Shown here: one piece after another, positions 22,588 through 31,305 of the stretch
Layout of the letters: each line of letters opens with the position of its first letter
Position numbering within the stretch: the stretch's first letter is position 1
NCBI GenBank assembly: GCA_001766825.1
Contig: LYOR01000001.1
Coordinates: 159,746-223,745, forward strand
Reading direction: 5' to 3'
Source of the DNA: Candidatus Syntropharchaeum butanivorans
GTDB lineage: Archaea > Halobacteriota > Syntropharchaeia > Syntropharchaeales > Syntropharchaeaceae
DNA length: 64,000 bases
The notes under the pieces: generated by a model
Seen by the model: only the letters and a program-made list of their open reading frames with translations
Database searches by the model: none
Told to the model about the DNA's origin: nothing
Translations under genes and position numbers: made by a program

Positions 22588-22982
22588 AGGCTATAGGCGT
22601 TAAGATCCCAAAAGCACTGCCCACCGGTGCAAGGCTCTCCTGTGTGGATAATACGGGGGCAAGGGTACTTGAGATTATCGCTGTCAAGAAGTACAGAGGT
22701 GTGAAGAACCGTTACCCGAAGGCAGGCATCGGCGATCTTGTGGTCGTCTCTGTCAAGAAGGGGACGCCTGATATGCGAAAGCAGATCATGCATGCGGTTA
22801 TCATACGGCAGAAGAAGGAGTTCAGGAGGGCAAACGGGATGCGAATAAGCTTTGAGGATAATGCAGCGGTCATAACAGATAATAAGGGGGTTCCAAAGGG
22901 AACAGAGATAAAGGGTGCGGTTGCACGAGAGGTTGCAGAGCGATTCCCGAAGATCGGATCTGCGGCAGCGATCATTGTGTAG
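22584..22982 (+). CDS. rpl14: 50S ribosomal protein L14 (uL14)
   Basis: 132 aa. Contains [19 protein letters not shown] and the C-terminal AAAIV. Confidence 0.92.
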   Translation: MKAIGVKIPKALPTGARLSCVDNTGARVLEIIAVKKYRGVKNRYPKAGIGDLVVVSVKKGTPDMRKQIMHAVIIRQKKEFRRANGMRISFEDNAAVITDNKGVPKGTEIKGAVAREVAERFPKIGSAAAIIV

Positions 22983-22991
22983 GTGATTGCG

Positions 22992-23351
22992 ATGGTATCA
23001 AAACAGCCAAGAAAACAGAGAAAGGCGCGCTACACTGCTCCGATGCATGTGAGGCGTAAATTCATGGGCGCACACCTCTCACCAGAGCTGAGAGAAAAGT
23101 ATGGGCGTAGATCACTTCCTGTAAGGAAGGGTGATACCGTCAGGGTCATGCGAGGTAAGGACAGGGGGCATACAGGGGTTGTTCGCTCTGTCGATCTCAA
23201 ACGGTGTAAAATCACGGTGGATGGTGTTGTTTCAACAAAAGCTGACCTGTCGGAGGTGCCCAGACCGCTTGAACCATCGAATGTCATGTTAATCAAGCTT
23301 GATTTGAGTGATAAAGAACGAGTTGCAATATTGGAGAGGAGTAAAGCATGA
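22992..23351 (+). CDS. rpl24: 50S ribosomal protein L24 (uL24)
   Basis: [11 protein letters not shown]... with the KOW motif [21 protein letters not shown]. The track ORF begins at the GTG at 22983, but the ATG at 22992 looks more likely. Confidence 0.9.
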   Translation: MVSKQPRKQRKARYTAPMHVRRKFMGAHLSPELREKYGRRSLPVRKGDTVRVMRGKDRGHTGVVRSVDLKRCKITVDGVVSTKADLSEVPRPLEPSNVMLIKLDLSDKERVAILERSKA

Positions 23352-24064
23352 GTGGACACCAAAAGCGAGTTGCAGCCCCAAAAAGCTGGAGAATAGAGAG
23401 GAAGAAGCATAAATGGGTGGTAAATCCAAGGCCAGGTCCCCATCCAAAGGATAAATCCATACCATTGCTCCTCATCGTTCGGGATATACTGAAGTTAGCG
23501 GATAACACCCGAGAGGCGAGGCGCATCCTGAAACAGGGGCATATCCTCGTGAACGGAAAGGTGAGAAAGGACCATAGATTCCCTGTGGGCCTCTTTGATA
23601 TTATCTCAATCCCCCTGATGGATCAGCATTACAGGCTCCTGATCGATGATAAGAGTAAACTCTCTCTCACGAGGATTAAAAAGGAAGATGCAGCGACAAA
23701 GCTCTGTCGGGTGAACAACAAGAGGTACGTGAAAGGTGGAAGGATCCAGCTCAATATGCACGATGGTAGGAACATCCTCTCGGATATCGACGTCAAGACC
23801 TATGATTCTGTTGTGCTGAAGCTGGATACAAACGAGATTGTGGACGTCTTCCGGCGAAAGAAGGGGAGCAAGGCGATAGTTATAGGCGGAAGACATTCAG
23901 GCGAGCTGGGGGAGATAGAAGAGGTCAAGGAGGTCAGAAGTTCACAACCAAACAAAGTTATCCTTAAGAATCTCGAAAATGGAGAGATATTCGAGACGAT
24001 TGAGGATTACATCTTTGTCGTCGGAGAAGAGAAGGTAGAACTCGATCTTGAAGGACTCAGGTAG
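23348..24064 (+). CDS. rps4e: 30S ribosomal protein S4e (eS4)
   Basis: 238 aa. Contains [12 protein letters not shown], an S4 RNA-binding segment and a KOW segment. Confidence 0.9.
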   Translation: MSGHQKRVAAPKSWRIERKKHKWVVNPRPGPHPKDKSIPLLLIVRDILKLADNTREARRILKQGHILVNGKVRKDHRFPVGLFDIISIPLMDQHYRLLIDDKSKLSLTRIKKEDAATKLCRVNNKRYVKGGRIQLNMHDGRNILSDIDVKTYDSVVLKLDTNEIVDVFRRKKGSKAIVIGGRHSGELGEIEEVKEVRSSQPNKVILKNLENGEIFETIEDYIFVVGEEKVELDLEGLR

Positions 24065-24072
24065 GTCAGACC

Positions 24073-24591
24073 ATGGAGAATAAGATGCGGGAAGTCCTCA
24101 TAGATAAGGTTGTTGTGAATATGGGCGTTGGCGAAAGTGGCATCCGGCTCAACAATGCTGAACGTGTGCTTGAGGAGATCACAGGTCAGAAGCCTGTGAG
24201 AACGATCTCCAAGCGGACGAGACAACCATTCGGGATAAAGAAGGGAGAGTCGATCGGGTGTAAGGTCACCCTACGTAAGGATCGTGCAGAACGCTTCCTG
24301 AAAGATGCCCTCTCTATCCTCAATAACATGATCTCAGATTACCAGTTTGATGAGACCGGCAGCTTCTCATTCGGGATCGAGGAGCACACGGACTTCCCGG
24401 GGATGGAATATGACCCTGATATCGGAATATTCGGGATGGATATATCAGTCTCTTTGAGAAGGAGGGGTTATAGGGTCTCAAAAAGGAGAAAGAATCGTAA
24501 AAAGATCCCAAAAAGACACAGAGTTACAAGAGAAGATGCAATGGAGTTTTTAAGGTCAAAATTCGGTGTTACAATCGTGGAGTGGGAATAG
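24073..24591 (+). CDS. rpl5: 50S ribosomal protein L5 (uL5)
   Basis: 172 aa. Contains IDKVVVNMGVGESG and FGIEEHTDFPGMEYDPDIGIFGMDI. Confidence 0.9.
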   Translation: MENKMREVLIDKVVVNMGVGESGIRLNNAERVLEEITGQKPVRTISKRTRQPFGIKKGESIGCKVTLRKDRAERFLKDALSILNNMISDYQFDETGSFSFGIEEHTDFPGMEYDPDIGIFGMDISVSLRRRGYRVSKRRKNRKKIPKRHRVTREDAMEFLRSKFGVTIVEWE

Positions 24592-24618
24592 GGCATTGCC
24601 AATGTTTTTGGCCAATAG

Positions 24619-24842
24619 CACCAACTGATCCATGGGGCGAAGACCAGAAAAAGAAGTTTCAAGTGGCTGACCTTAGAAGAGCTGAATGAGGAGATTCGAA
24701 GTCGAAAAGTATGCGCAGAAGTCTTGATGAAACTTTTCTTCATCAAAGAGCTATACAAAGGATCCACAGTTCCCGGGCAGTGAAAGAAGCTGGAGTGAGC
24801 AAAGTTATAGGTTTATCCCCCTCCTCCCCTACCACTCAGTAA
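24619..24842 (+). pseudogene. decayed fragment of a transposase N-terminal HTH (IS630-like), frameshifted
   Basis: One frame reads ...KWLTLEELNEEIRSRKVCAEVLMKLFFIKELYKGSTVPGQ*. The +1 frame continues RAVKEAGVSKVIG...*. The LxFIKxLYKG-x5-AxxxGVSK pattern is typical of archaeal IS HTH domains. There is no catalytic part. Confidence 0.45.
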
Positions 24843-24889
24843 TCTCCTGTAACCTTCCTTTGAATTAAATCCAAGCGAAAGCACTATCC

Positions 24890-25126
24890 CTACCAGAAGT
24901 AGATGCAAACAGACGAGTTTTTTTGACTGAATCCATGATTATGCTCAAAAATCGGTAGATATCCTTCGCTTCTGGAATTTTTACCAGTTTTGTAAATCCC
25001 TTTAGTTCTTCCTCTCTTCTGCAATTCGCTCACTCCCATAGGTGATATACCATACCCTGCTCTGACATCTCCTGCTTGACTCTCCGTGAACTGAGAATAT
25101 TGAGTATTTTTCTTGATAACACCCAT
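24890..25126 (-). pseudogene. possible second orphan HTH fragment of a Tc1/IS630-type transposase
   Basis: The 78-aa ORF MGVIKKNTQYSQFTESQAGDVRAGYGISPMGVSELQKRGRTKGIYK loosely resembles the paired-type HTH of Tc1/mariner-IS630 transposases. It sits in an AT-rich non-coding stretch with no DDE domain. Confidence 0.25.
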
Positions 25127-25443
25127 TTTGGATCTTTCTCATCTATTACCAGCAGAGTATCATTTTTTTCACCAGAAAAGGTTTATGCAGATCCTAATCT
25201 TGGTTATATTTCGGTTAAAATTAGATTTTATGGATTTTTATGGTTGCTTTTAGAATTTGAGAGAAGAATGAGCGTAAATATGCAAGAAATTAATTCAAAA
25301 TTTGGATTATGGGCCGGATTACGGAGGGGGCTAAGAACTTTCTGCCCTTAATACTCACTCCCTGAGACACTGTCATCAGTCAACCTCCTTTAAGTTCAGG
25401 GGATTTTTCGTTATAAAGCCATCCTCACACAATCCGGAAAAGC

Positions 25444-25459
25444 GAAAGCTTTTTAAAAG
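25444..25459 (+). promoter_or_regulatory. BRE/TATA candidate for the fqo operon
   Basis: gaaagc-ttttTAAAag lies about 20-25 nt before the GTG at 25480 and about 45 nt before the ATG at 25501. It shares the string gaaagcttttta with the proximal rRNA promoter. Confidence 0.4.
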
Positions 25460-25479
25460 CATCAACCAGATCCCTGCTT

Positions 25480-25974
25480 GTGGCCGCTATCTCAGAAGAA
25501 ATGGTCTTACTCTTAGCTCTTATTGCTCTTACAATCCTGCTCTCGATGGGAGTTCTTCTTACCCGGGATAACTTCTTCTCTGCCATGTACATGTCTGCAA
25601 CGCTGATCATGGTTGCAAGCATTTACGCATTCTTTGGCATACAACCTCTGTTTATCCTCATCATCTTCATCTTCGTTGGTGTGACCGGTATTGTGACCGT
25701 TGCACTCGCTGCAACATTCAGATCAGAGCCAGAAAAGGCATCTCCGGGGTTCTGGGGGCCTCTTGCATTAACAACAGCTTTAATAGTTGCCATCTCCCTC
25801 AGCACATCACTTAGGCACCATCCAGAATCCGGGATGGGGGCAATCCAGTTTGAACTCGGGGGCTTTCTTGGAAACCCCGGCTACATCCTGCTCATCATAT
25901 CTCTCACATCACTCGGGATACTGCTCATGCTCTCGGTCCTGAAGATGATAGGAGGTGTGAATGAGTGCAGATAG
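25480..25974 (+). CDS. fqoJ: F420H2:quinone oxidoreductase / complex I subunit J-like membrane protein
   Basis: 164-aa hydrophobic ORF (an ATG alternative lies at 25501). The NuoJ-like block is LLTRDNFFSAMYMSATLIMVASIYAFFG, and a NuoK-like gene follows directly. Confidence 0.6.
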   Translation: MAAISEEMVLLLALIALTILLSMGVLLTRDNFFSAMYMSATLIMVASIYAFFGIQPLFILIIFIFVGVTGIVTVALAATFRSEPEKASPGFWGPLALTTALIVAISLSTSLRHHPESGMGAIQFELGGFLGNPGYILLIISLTSLGILLMLSVLKMIGGVNECR

Positions 25975-26282
25975 ATGCACTTACCCTATCAGCGCTCTAT
26001 ATAGCATCGTTTGTACTGCTTTTAATCGGATATCTGACCGTTATATCAAGCAAAGACCTGATTCGAGTACTTATATCACTTGAACTCATGTTTGGTGGCG
26101 TTTTTCTCTCGCTCATCCCACTTTTTACTTCTCTTCCAAACCCTGCATTTGGAATAGCTCTTATCAGTATATTTACAAGCAGTTCTGAGCTTTTAGTACT
26201 TATTGCTGCCATTATAATCTTTGACAGGAAAAATAAAAGCCTCTCCACAGGTCTGGTCAGGGTGGGAGGTGAGAGGACGTGA
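25965..26282 (+). CDS. fqoK: complex I subunit K (NuoK/FpoK/MnhC-like)
   Basis: 105 aa with three hydrophobic helices. Contains SKDLIRVLISLELMFGGVFLSL and SSSELLVLIAAIIIF (NuoK pattern with a conserved Glu in the helix). Confidence 0.65.
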   Translation: MQIDALTLSALYIASFVLLLIGYLTVISSKDLIRVLISLELMFGGVFLSLIPLFTSLPNPAFGIALISIFTSSSELLVLIAAIIIFDRKNKSLSTGLVRVGGERT

Positions 26283-27787
26283 CACTTATGAGTATTGGGC
26301 CCGAGGCAGCGCTTCTTGCGATCATAATCCCTGCTCTCGCATCGCTTTTAATCCTTCTATCAGATAAGCACCCGGATATCAGGGAAGGGTGGACACTCCT
26401 TGCAAGTGTGCTGTGCTTCCTCTCTGTGATCACACTCGTCCCTGTTATCCTAAATGGAGATGATATTGAGTACACACTTTTTAATATCTACCCTGGATTA
26501 AGCATCGCGTATAACGTCGATGCATTCGGTCTTATATTTGCTATCACCTCCTCATCCCTCTGGATTCTCGTATCAATCTATTCAATCGGGTACATGCGAA
26601 CGCTCAATGAACACGCCCAGACGAGGTTCTACTTCTGTTTTGCATGGGCGATATTCGGTGCACTCGGGATTGCATTCTCAAAGAACCTTGTAACGATGTA
26701 TCTTCACTATGAGATCCTCACAATATCGACATACCCCCTTGTTGCACATCTTGAGACCCCGGAGGCGTGTGCTGCGGGTCGTAAGTACCTCTATTATCTC
26801 CTGACCTCTGGTTGCTTCTTCTTTATCGCAATAATAGTAACATACTGGCTTTGTGGAACCACAGACTTTAAACCAGGCGGGATACTCTCGCTTGCATCAG
26901 GCTCGGCACTGCTTTTGCAAGCACTATTTCTCTGTTATCTGCTTGGTTTCATGAAGGCTGCATGGATGCCGTTTCACTCATGGCTCCCAACCGCGATGAT
27001 TGCACCAACCCCGGTGAGCGCACTGCTTCATGCTGTTGCTGTCGTTAAGGCAGGGGTATTCGGTATCATCCGTGTGGTCTGCTACATATACGGGATAGAT
27101 CTCATGCACGCACTCAATCTCGGGATCTTTCTCGCCTCACTTGTCTCGATCACGGTGATCATGGCAAACCTGTTTGCGATTGGTGAGGATAACCTCAAAC
27201 GAAGGCTCGCATACTCAACGATAAACCAGCTCTCATTCATTCTCCTGGGTGTTGCGATGCTTGATCCGATGGGAATAATGGGTGGAATGATGCACATTCC
27301 GTTTCATGGGTACATGAAGATCACTCTCTTTCTCTGTGCCGGTGCAATCATGGCGATAACCGGAAAGGAAAATATAAGCGAGATGGCAGGTATCGGTAGA
27401 AAGATGCCAATAACGATGATCGCATTCACCGTGGGTGCGCTTGGTATGTGTGGATTGCCCCCGGCTGCCGGATTCATAAGCAAGTGGTACATCTGCATGG
27501 GAACGATCGATGCAGGGATGTTGATATTTCTGGCGGTTGCTCTCGTTGCCTCGATCCTGGATGCGGTCTATTTCTTCCCGATCATAAAGACTGCATTCTT
27601 CGATGAAGGGAACTTTGATGAGAGAGATTCAGGGTACATGGAACGATCGAGGGCGATTTACCTCTTCATGATAATCCCACTCGCGATTACGGCCATATTC
27701 TCCGTGATCCTCTGTTTCGCCCCAGATACACTGCATGTATTCGAGCTCGGAAGACTTGCGATGATAAATCTCTTTGGAGGTGTGTGA
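26279..27787 (+). CDS. fqoM: antiporter-like subunit (NuoM/FpoM / MnhD family)
   Basis: 502-aa polytopic protein. WMPFHSWLPTAMIAPTPVSALLHAVAVVKAGVFG is the proton-conducting-membrane-transporter core. Confidence 0.75.
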   Translation: MTLMSIGPEAALLAIIIPALASLLILLSDKHPDIREGWTLLASVLCFLSVITLVPVILNGDDIEYTLFNIYPGLSIAYNVDAFGLIFAITSSSLWILVSIYSIGYMRTLNEHAQTRFYFCFAWAIFGALGIAFSKNLVTMYLHYEILTISTYPLVAHLETPEACAAGRKYLYYLLTSGCFFFIAIIVTYWLCGTTDFKPGGILSLASGSALLLQALFLCYLLGFMKAAWMPFHSWLPTAMIAPTPVSALLHAVAVVKAGVFGIIRVVCYIYGIDLMHALNLGIFLASLVSITVIMANLFAIGEDNLKRRLAYSTINQLSFILLGVAMLDPMGIMGGMMHIPFHGYMKITLFLCAGAIMAITGKENISEMAGIGRKMPITMIAFTVGALGMCGLPPAAGFISKWYICMGTIDAGMLIFLAVALVASILDAVYFFPIIKTAFFDEGNFDERDSGYMERSRAIYLFMIIPLAITAIFSVILCFAPDTLHVFELGRLAMINLFGGV

Positions 27788-28013
27788 GATGGAGAAAAGA
27801 ACTTTATTCCTCATATATTACTCCTCACTCCTTCTGTTTCTTCTCCTTGATATCGCACTCCATCTTCTCCACCATCCTGAGCCACATTTCCCATGGGAAC
27901 GTATCCCTGGATTCCATGCACTATTCGGGTTCATCGGATGCTTCATCCTGATACTCGTATCGAAGTCCCTGGGGCACTATCTGCTGATGCGGGAGGTGGA
28001 TTATTATGATTGA
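27774..28013 (+). CDS. small two-helix membrane protein inserted between the M-like and L-like subunit genes
   Basis: 79-aa ORF (ATG at 27789 gives 74 aa). Two hydrophobic segments flank HHPEPHFPWERIPGFHA. It overlaps both neighbours. Confidence 0.5.
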   Translation: MEVCEMEKRTLFLIYYSSLLLFLLLDIALHLLHHPEPHFPWERIPGFHALFGFIGCFILILVSKSLGHYLLMREVDYYD

Positions 28014-29724
28014 ATGGATACATCCAGGTCTGATACTGATCTTTGGATCGCTTTTCATACCTCTCATCAGTAATAGAAGGGTGAAACAGGCTTATTTTGT
28101 AATTCTACCAGTCTTAGCCCTGATAGATCTTATTCTGATCTCAAAAGGCTTCTTCGGTGGTGTACCATCCTCCCACTGGTCCATAGATATAGTCGGATAC
28201 GATCTGCTCCTCGGGAGGGTTGATAAGCTCAGCATGGTCTTTGCATACGTATTCGTGATCGCCGCACTCTGTATGAACGTCTATGCGCTCCACATCAACC
28301 GCGATTGGGAGCACGTATCAGCGATGCTGTATGCAGGAAGCGGACTCGGGGTCGTATTCGCGGGTGATCTCTTCTCCCTCTACATCTTCTGGGAGATCAT
28401 GGCGTGGTCATCCCTCTTTCTGATCTGGTTCAGGGGTACGCGTTCCGCGCTTGATGCAGGATTCAGGTACATCATGTGGCATCTTACCGGTGGCATCCTT
28501 CTGCTTGCAGGGATCTTGATCCATGTCCAGACGACCGGGTCAATAGAGTTTGTGAGCTTCCTCGATTCATGGGGCTCGTCCATGGCATACTACCTCATAC
28601 TCCTCGGGTTCATCATCAACGCCGCGGTTCCCCCGCTCCACCCCTGGCTCACCGATGCATATCCTGAGGCAACCGTAACCGGAGCGGTCTACATGACTGC
28701 ATTCACGACAAAGAGCGCTGTCTATGTCCTGATAAGGGGATTTGCAGGGCTTGAGTTGATCATGTGGCTCGGTGCGATCATGGCGATGTACGGTGTGATC
28801 TTCGCGATGCTTCAGAACGATGGAAGGAGGCTTTTAGCCTATCACATCGTATCCCAGGTTGGGTACATGGTCTGTGGTGCAGGGATGGGGACTGCGATGG
28901 CGATAAATGGTGCAACCGCACATGCCTTCTGTCACATCCTCTACAAAGCACTCCTGTTCATGGGAATGGGTGCTGTACTTGAGGTAACCGGGAGAAGCAG
29001 GTTCACAGAGCTTGGAGGGCTCTATAGGTACATGCCCCGCACATTCTGGCTCTATATGATCGGTGCATTCTCGATATCGGGTTTCCCGCTCTTCAACGGG
29101 TTTGTAAGCAAGACGATGACCGTTGAAGCATCTGCACTGATCCATCAGCCCATCGTCTGGTTCCTGTTAGAGGGCGCATCAATAGGAACGTTCTTCTGCA
29201 TAGCGCTCAAACTGCCCCGCAATGTCTGGTTCTCGGAGGAAAAGCCAGTTGTTGAAGCAAAGGAACCTCCTATCAATATGCTTGCTGGAATGGGGATGCT
29301 TGCAGCACTCTGTATATTTCTTGGAATCTATCCGAAACCTCTATATGATCTGCTCCCATATCCTGTGGAATTTGTACCATACACCTCGGAACATGTGCTT
29401 GGTATATGCCAGCTCCTTTTCTTCGCATTTATCCCGTTCTGGATAATGCGTGAGAGTTTCAGGGGAGAGGAGAAGATAGTCTTAGATACAGACTGGCTTG
29501 TAAGGATTCCAGGCAGGAGGTTTATCAGATTCTGCGAGGATACCTTGATCAGGTACGCAGAGTTTGATGAGAAGAGGTTCTTTGTGTTTCCTGCTTTACT
29601 TGAGCGGTTGTCAAAGAGCATCAGGGCGATTCAGACCGGATACCTCCAGGACTACCTCAGGATTATCTTTGCGATCGTGATAATCTCCCTGATTTTAGCC
29701 TCAATAGGGGGAATGCTCATATGA
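28006..29724 (+). CDS. fqoL: antiporter-like subunit L (NuoL/FpoL / MrpA-D-like) with a C-terminal lateral-helix-like tail
   Basis: 572 aa. Core PPLHPWLTDAYPEATVTGAVYMTAFTTKSAVY. The C-terminus has an amphipathic stretch (ALLERLSKSIRAIQTGYLQDYL) followed by a final TM helix, as in NuoL. Confidence 0.7.
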   Translation: MIEWIHPGLILIFGSLFIPLISNRRVKQAYFVILPVLALIDLILISKGFFGGVPSSHWSIDIVGYDLLLGRVDKLSMVFAYVFVIAALCMNVYALHINRDWEHVSAMLYAGSGLGVVFAGDLFSLYIFWEIMAWSSLFLIWFRGTRSALDAGFRYIMWHLTGGILLLAGILIHVQTTGSIEFVSFLDSWGSSMAYYLILLGFIINAAVPPLHPWLTDAYPEATVTGAVYMTAFTTKSAVYVLIRGFAGLELIMWLGAIMAMYGVIFAMLQNDGRRLLAYHIVSQVGYMVCGAGMGTAMAINGATAHAFCHILYKALLFMGMGAVLEVTGRSRFTELGGLYRYMPRTFWLYMIGAFSISGFPLFNGFVSKTMTVEASALIHQPIVWFLLEGASIGTFFCIALKLPRNVWFSEEKPVVEAKEPPINMLAGMGMLAALCIFLGIYPKPLYDLLPYPVEFVPYTSEHVLGICQLLFFAFIPFWIMRESFRGEEKIVLDTDWLVRIPGRRFIRFCEDTLIRYAEFDEKRFFVFPALLERLSKSIRAIQTGYLQDYLRIIFAIVIISLILASIGGMLI

Positions 29725-30950
29725 ATGACCTCATACTCATGACCATAGCGGTTGTTCTCCTCCTTCTTGGTTCAGTTGTCTCATACAGGTATCCAAGGGC
29801 AGGATTTTTCAGCGCGGTTGCCGCGGTTATGACCGCATTTTTTGCCTGTGCGTCCCCTGAGTATGGTATCTTCATCCTTCTGATAGGCATACTGAACCTC
29901 ATCTCACTTGATGCTATTCGAAGCAAGATAAGAGGTATCGATTACGGGCTTGTCGGGTTTATGGTGATCGTTACGATGTATATATTCAACACAGCAGAAC
30001 TATCGCTCGTTCTGGCATCCTTTGTTCTTGTATCCGTTCCCACATACATTCTTGTAATGATGCGCGAGGATGAGATGGATGTTGAGGTTGGTGTGAAGTA
30101 CATCGTGTTCATGGTCATTGCCACCGTGCTATTTCTCACAGGTGCCATCATCCTTGCAAAAGGGATTGAGTCACTTTACGTGCTCGGGTATGTGGCACTC
30201 ATACTCGGTCTTGCCCTTGAGCTTGGGATAGCGCCGCTTCATGAGTGGGTCCCTGATATATTTGCGCGGGCAGATCCTGTGCCGCTTTCAATCATTGCAT
30301 CGATTGCAAAGATTGTGCCGTTTGTTGTAGCATTCAGGATACTTTACTCAACTGCAACCGAGCTTACAGGAGCTGTTATGGTATTCACAGCGCTTCTTGC
30401 AGCCACATCGATGTTTATCGGAAATATCGGGGCCCTGACATCCAGGGAGCATGGCAGGGTGCTCGGATACTCGACCGTTGCAAATATGGGTTATCTGATG
30501 TCATCCCTTCTTGCCGTTACAGAACCTGAGTTTCTCCCTCTTGCACTTGCAGGTGGGCTCCTGCTCCTCTTCTCAAATGCATGCGGGAAGATCGGGTTCT
30601 TCAGTGCGATGAAAGGGGAAGATGCCTATTCCCCGTTCACTTACATGCTCTCCTTCTCATTCCTAGGGGTTCCGCCGCTTATTGGTTTCTGGGGAAAGCT
30701 TTTTATCGCAATCACCCTGATAAGGATAGAGTACGTCTGGCTGGCCGTGATACTCCTGATCAACTCCGCTGTATCGATACCGTACTATCTGAGACTTGCG
30801 AAGGAGCTTGGGAAGGCGTGGCATACGAGTCTCACAGGCTTTATCGTGCTTGCTTCTGTCCTGATCACACTCCTTACGATCGCCCCGAACTGGTTTGTCG
30901 ATGGGATTGAGGCGCTTATGCCACTCATCTTGATTGAGATGGGAGGGTGA
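29721..30950 (+). CDS. fqoN: antiporter-like subunit N (NuoN/FpoN-like, short)
   Basis: 409-aa polytopic protein with APLHEWVPDIFARADPVPLSIIASIAK. Confidence 0.7.
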   Translation: MNDLILMTIAVVLLLLGSVVSYRYPRAGFFSAVAAVMTAFFACASPEYGIFILLIGILNLISLDAIRSKIRGIDYGLVGFMVIVTMYIFNTAELSLVLASFVLVSVPTYILVMMREDEMDVEVGVKYIVFMVIATVLFLTGAIILAKGIESLYVLGYVALILGLALELGIAPLHEWVPDIFARADPVPLSIIASIAKIVPFVVAFRILYSTATELTGAVMVFTALLAATSMFIGNIGALTSREHGRVLGYSTVANMGYLMSSLLAVTEPEFLPLALAGGLLLLFSNACGKIGFFSAMKGEDAYSPFTYMLSFSFLGVPPLIGFWGKLFIAITLIRIEYVWLAVILLINSAVSIPYYLRLAKELGKAWHTSLTGFIVLASVLITLLTIAPNWFVDGIEALMPLILIEMGG

Positions 30951-31305
30951 AAAGATGATGGAGAAAGCAGTTGTGATCGGTCTTGTCCTTGCGCTCTGTA
31001 TTCTTACAGATCTTGCCATCCTCACACTTGCAAAGCTTCTTCCAAGATACAACCTGACAGACCTCAAGGTATCAAGGTGGGAGGCCGGAAACTTGCCGGT
31101 GGGGCGCGCAAAGGGTCTGCTACCGATGCAGTATCTCAGCTTCATGTTTCTCTTTATGGCACTTGAACCGATAACCGTGGTCCTCTTCATCTTTGCTGCG
31201 CATCCCACCACCGGCTTCTACATCCTTCTGCTTATATCACTTCTTCTCATCCTGCCCACGGTGTATATCGGTTATAAGGCAGCGACGGAGGGGTTTGAAC
31301 GATGA
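30934..31305 (+). CDS. fqoA: complex I subunit A (NuoA/FpoA)
   Basis: About 116-123 aa (ATG at 30955 is likely). SRWEAGNLPVGRA...MQYLSFMFLFMALEP is the NuoA pattern. Confidence 0.7.
   Translation: MRWEGEKMMEKAVVIGLVLALCILTDLAILTLAKLLPRYNLTDLKVSRWEAGNLPVGRAKGLLPMQYLSFMFLFMALEPITVVLFIFAAHPTTGFYILLLISLLLILPTVYIGYKAATEGFER

Noticed and set aside
30663-31211. 182-aa minus-strand ORF opposite fqoN/fqoA
   Set aside because: It is a shadow ORF antisense to polytopic membrane subunits with clear family motifs.
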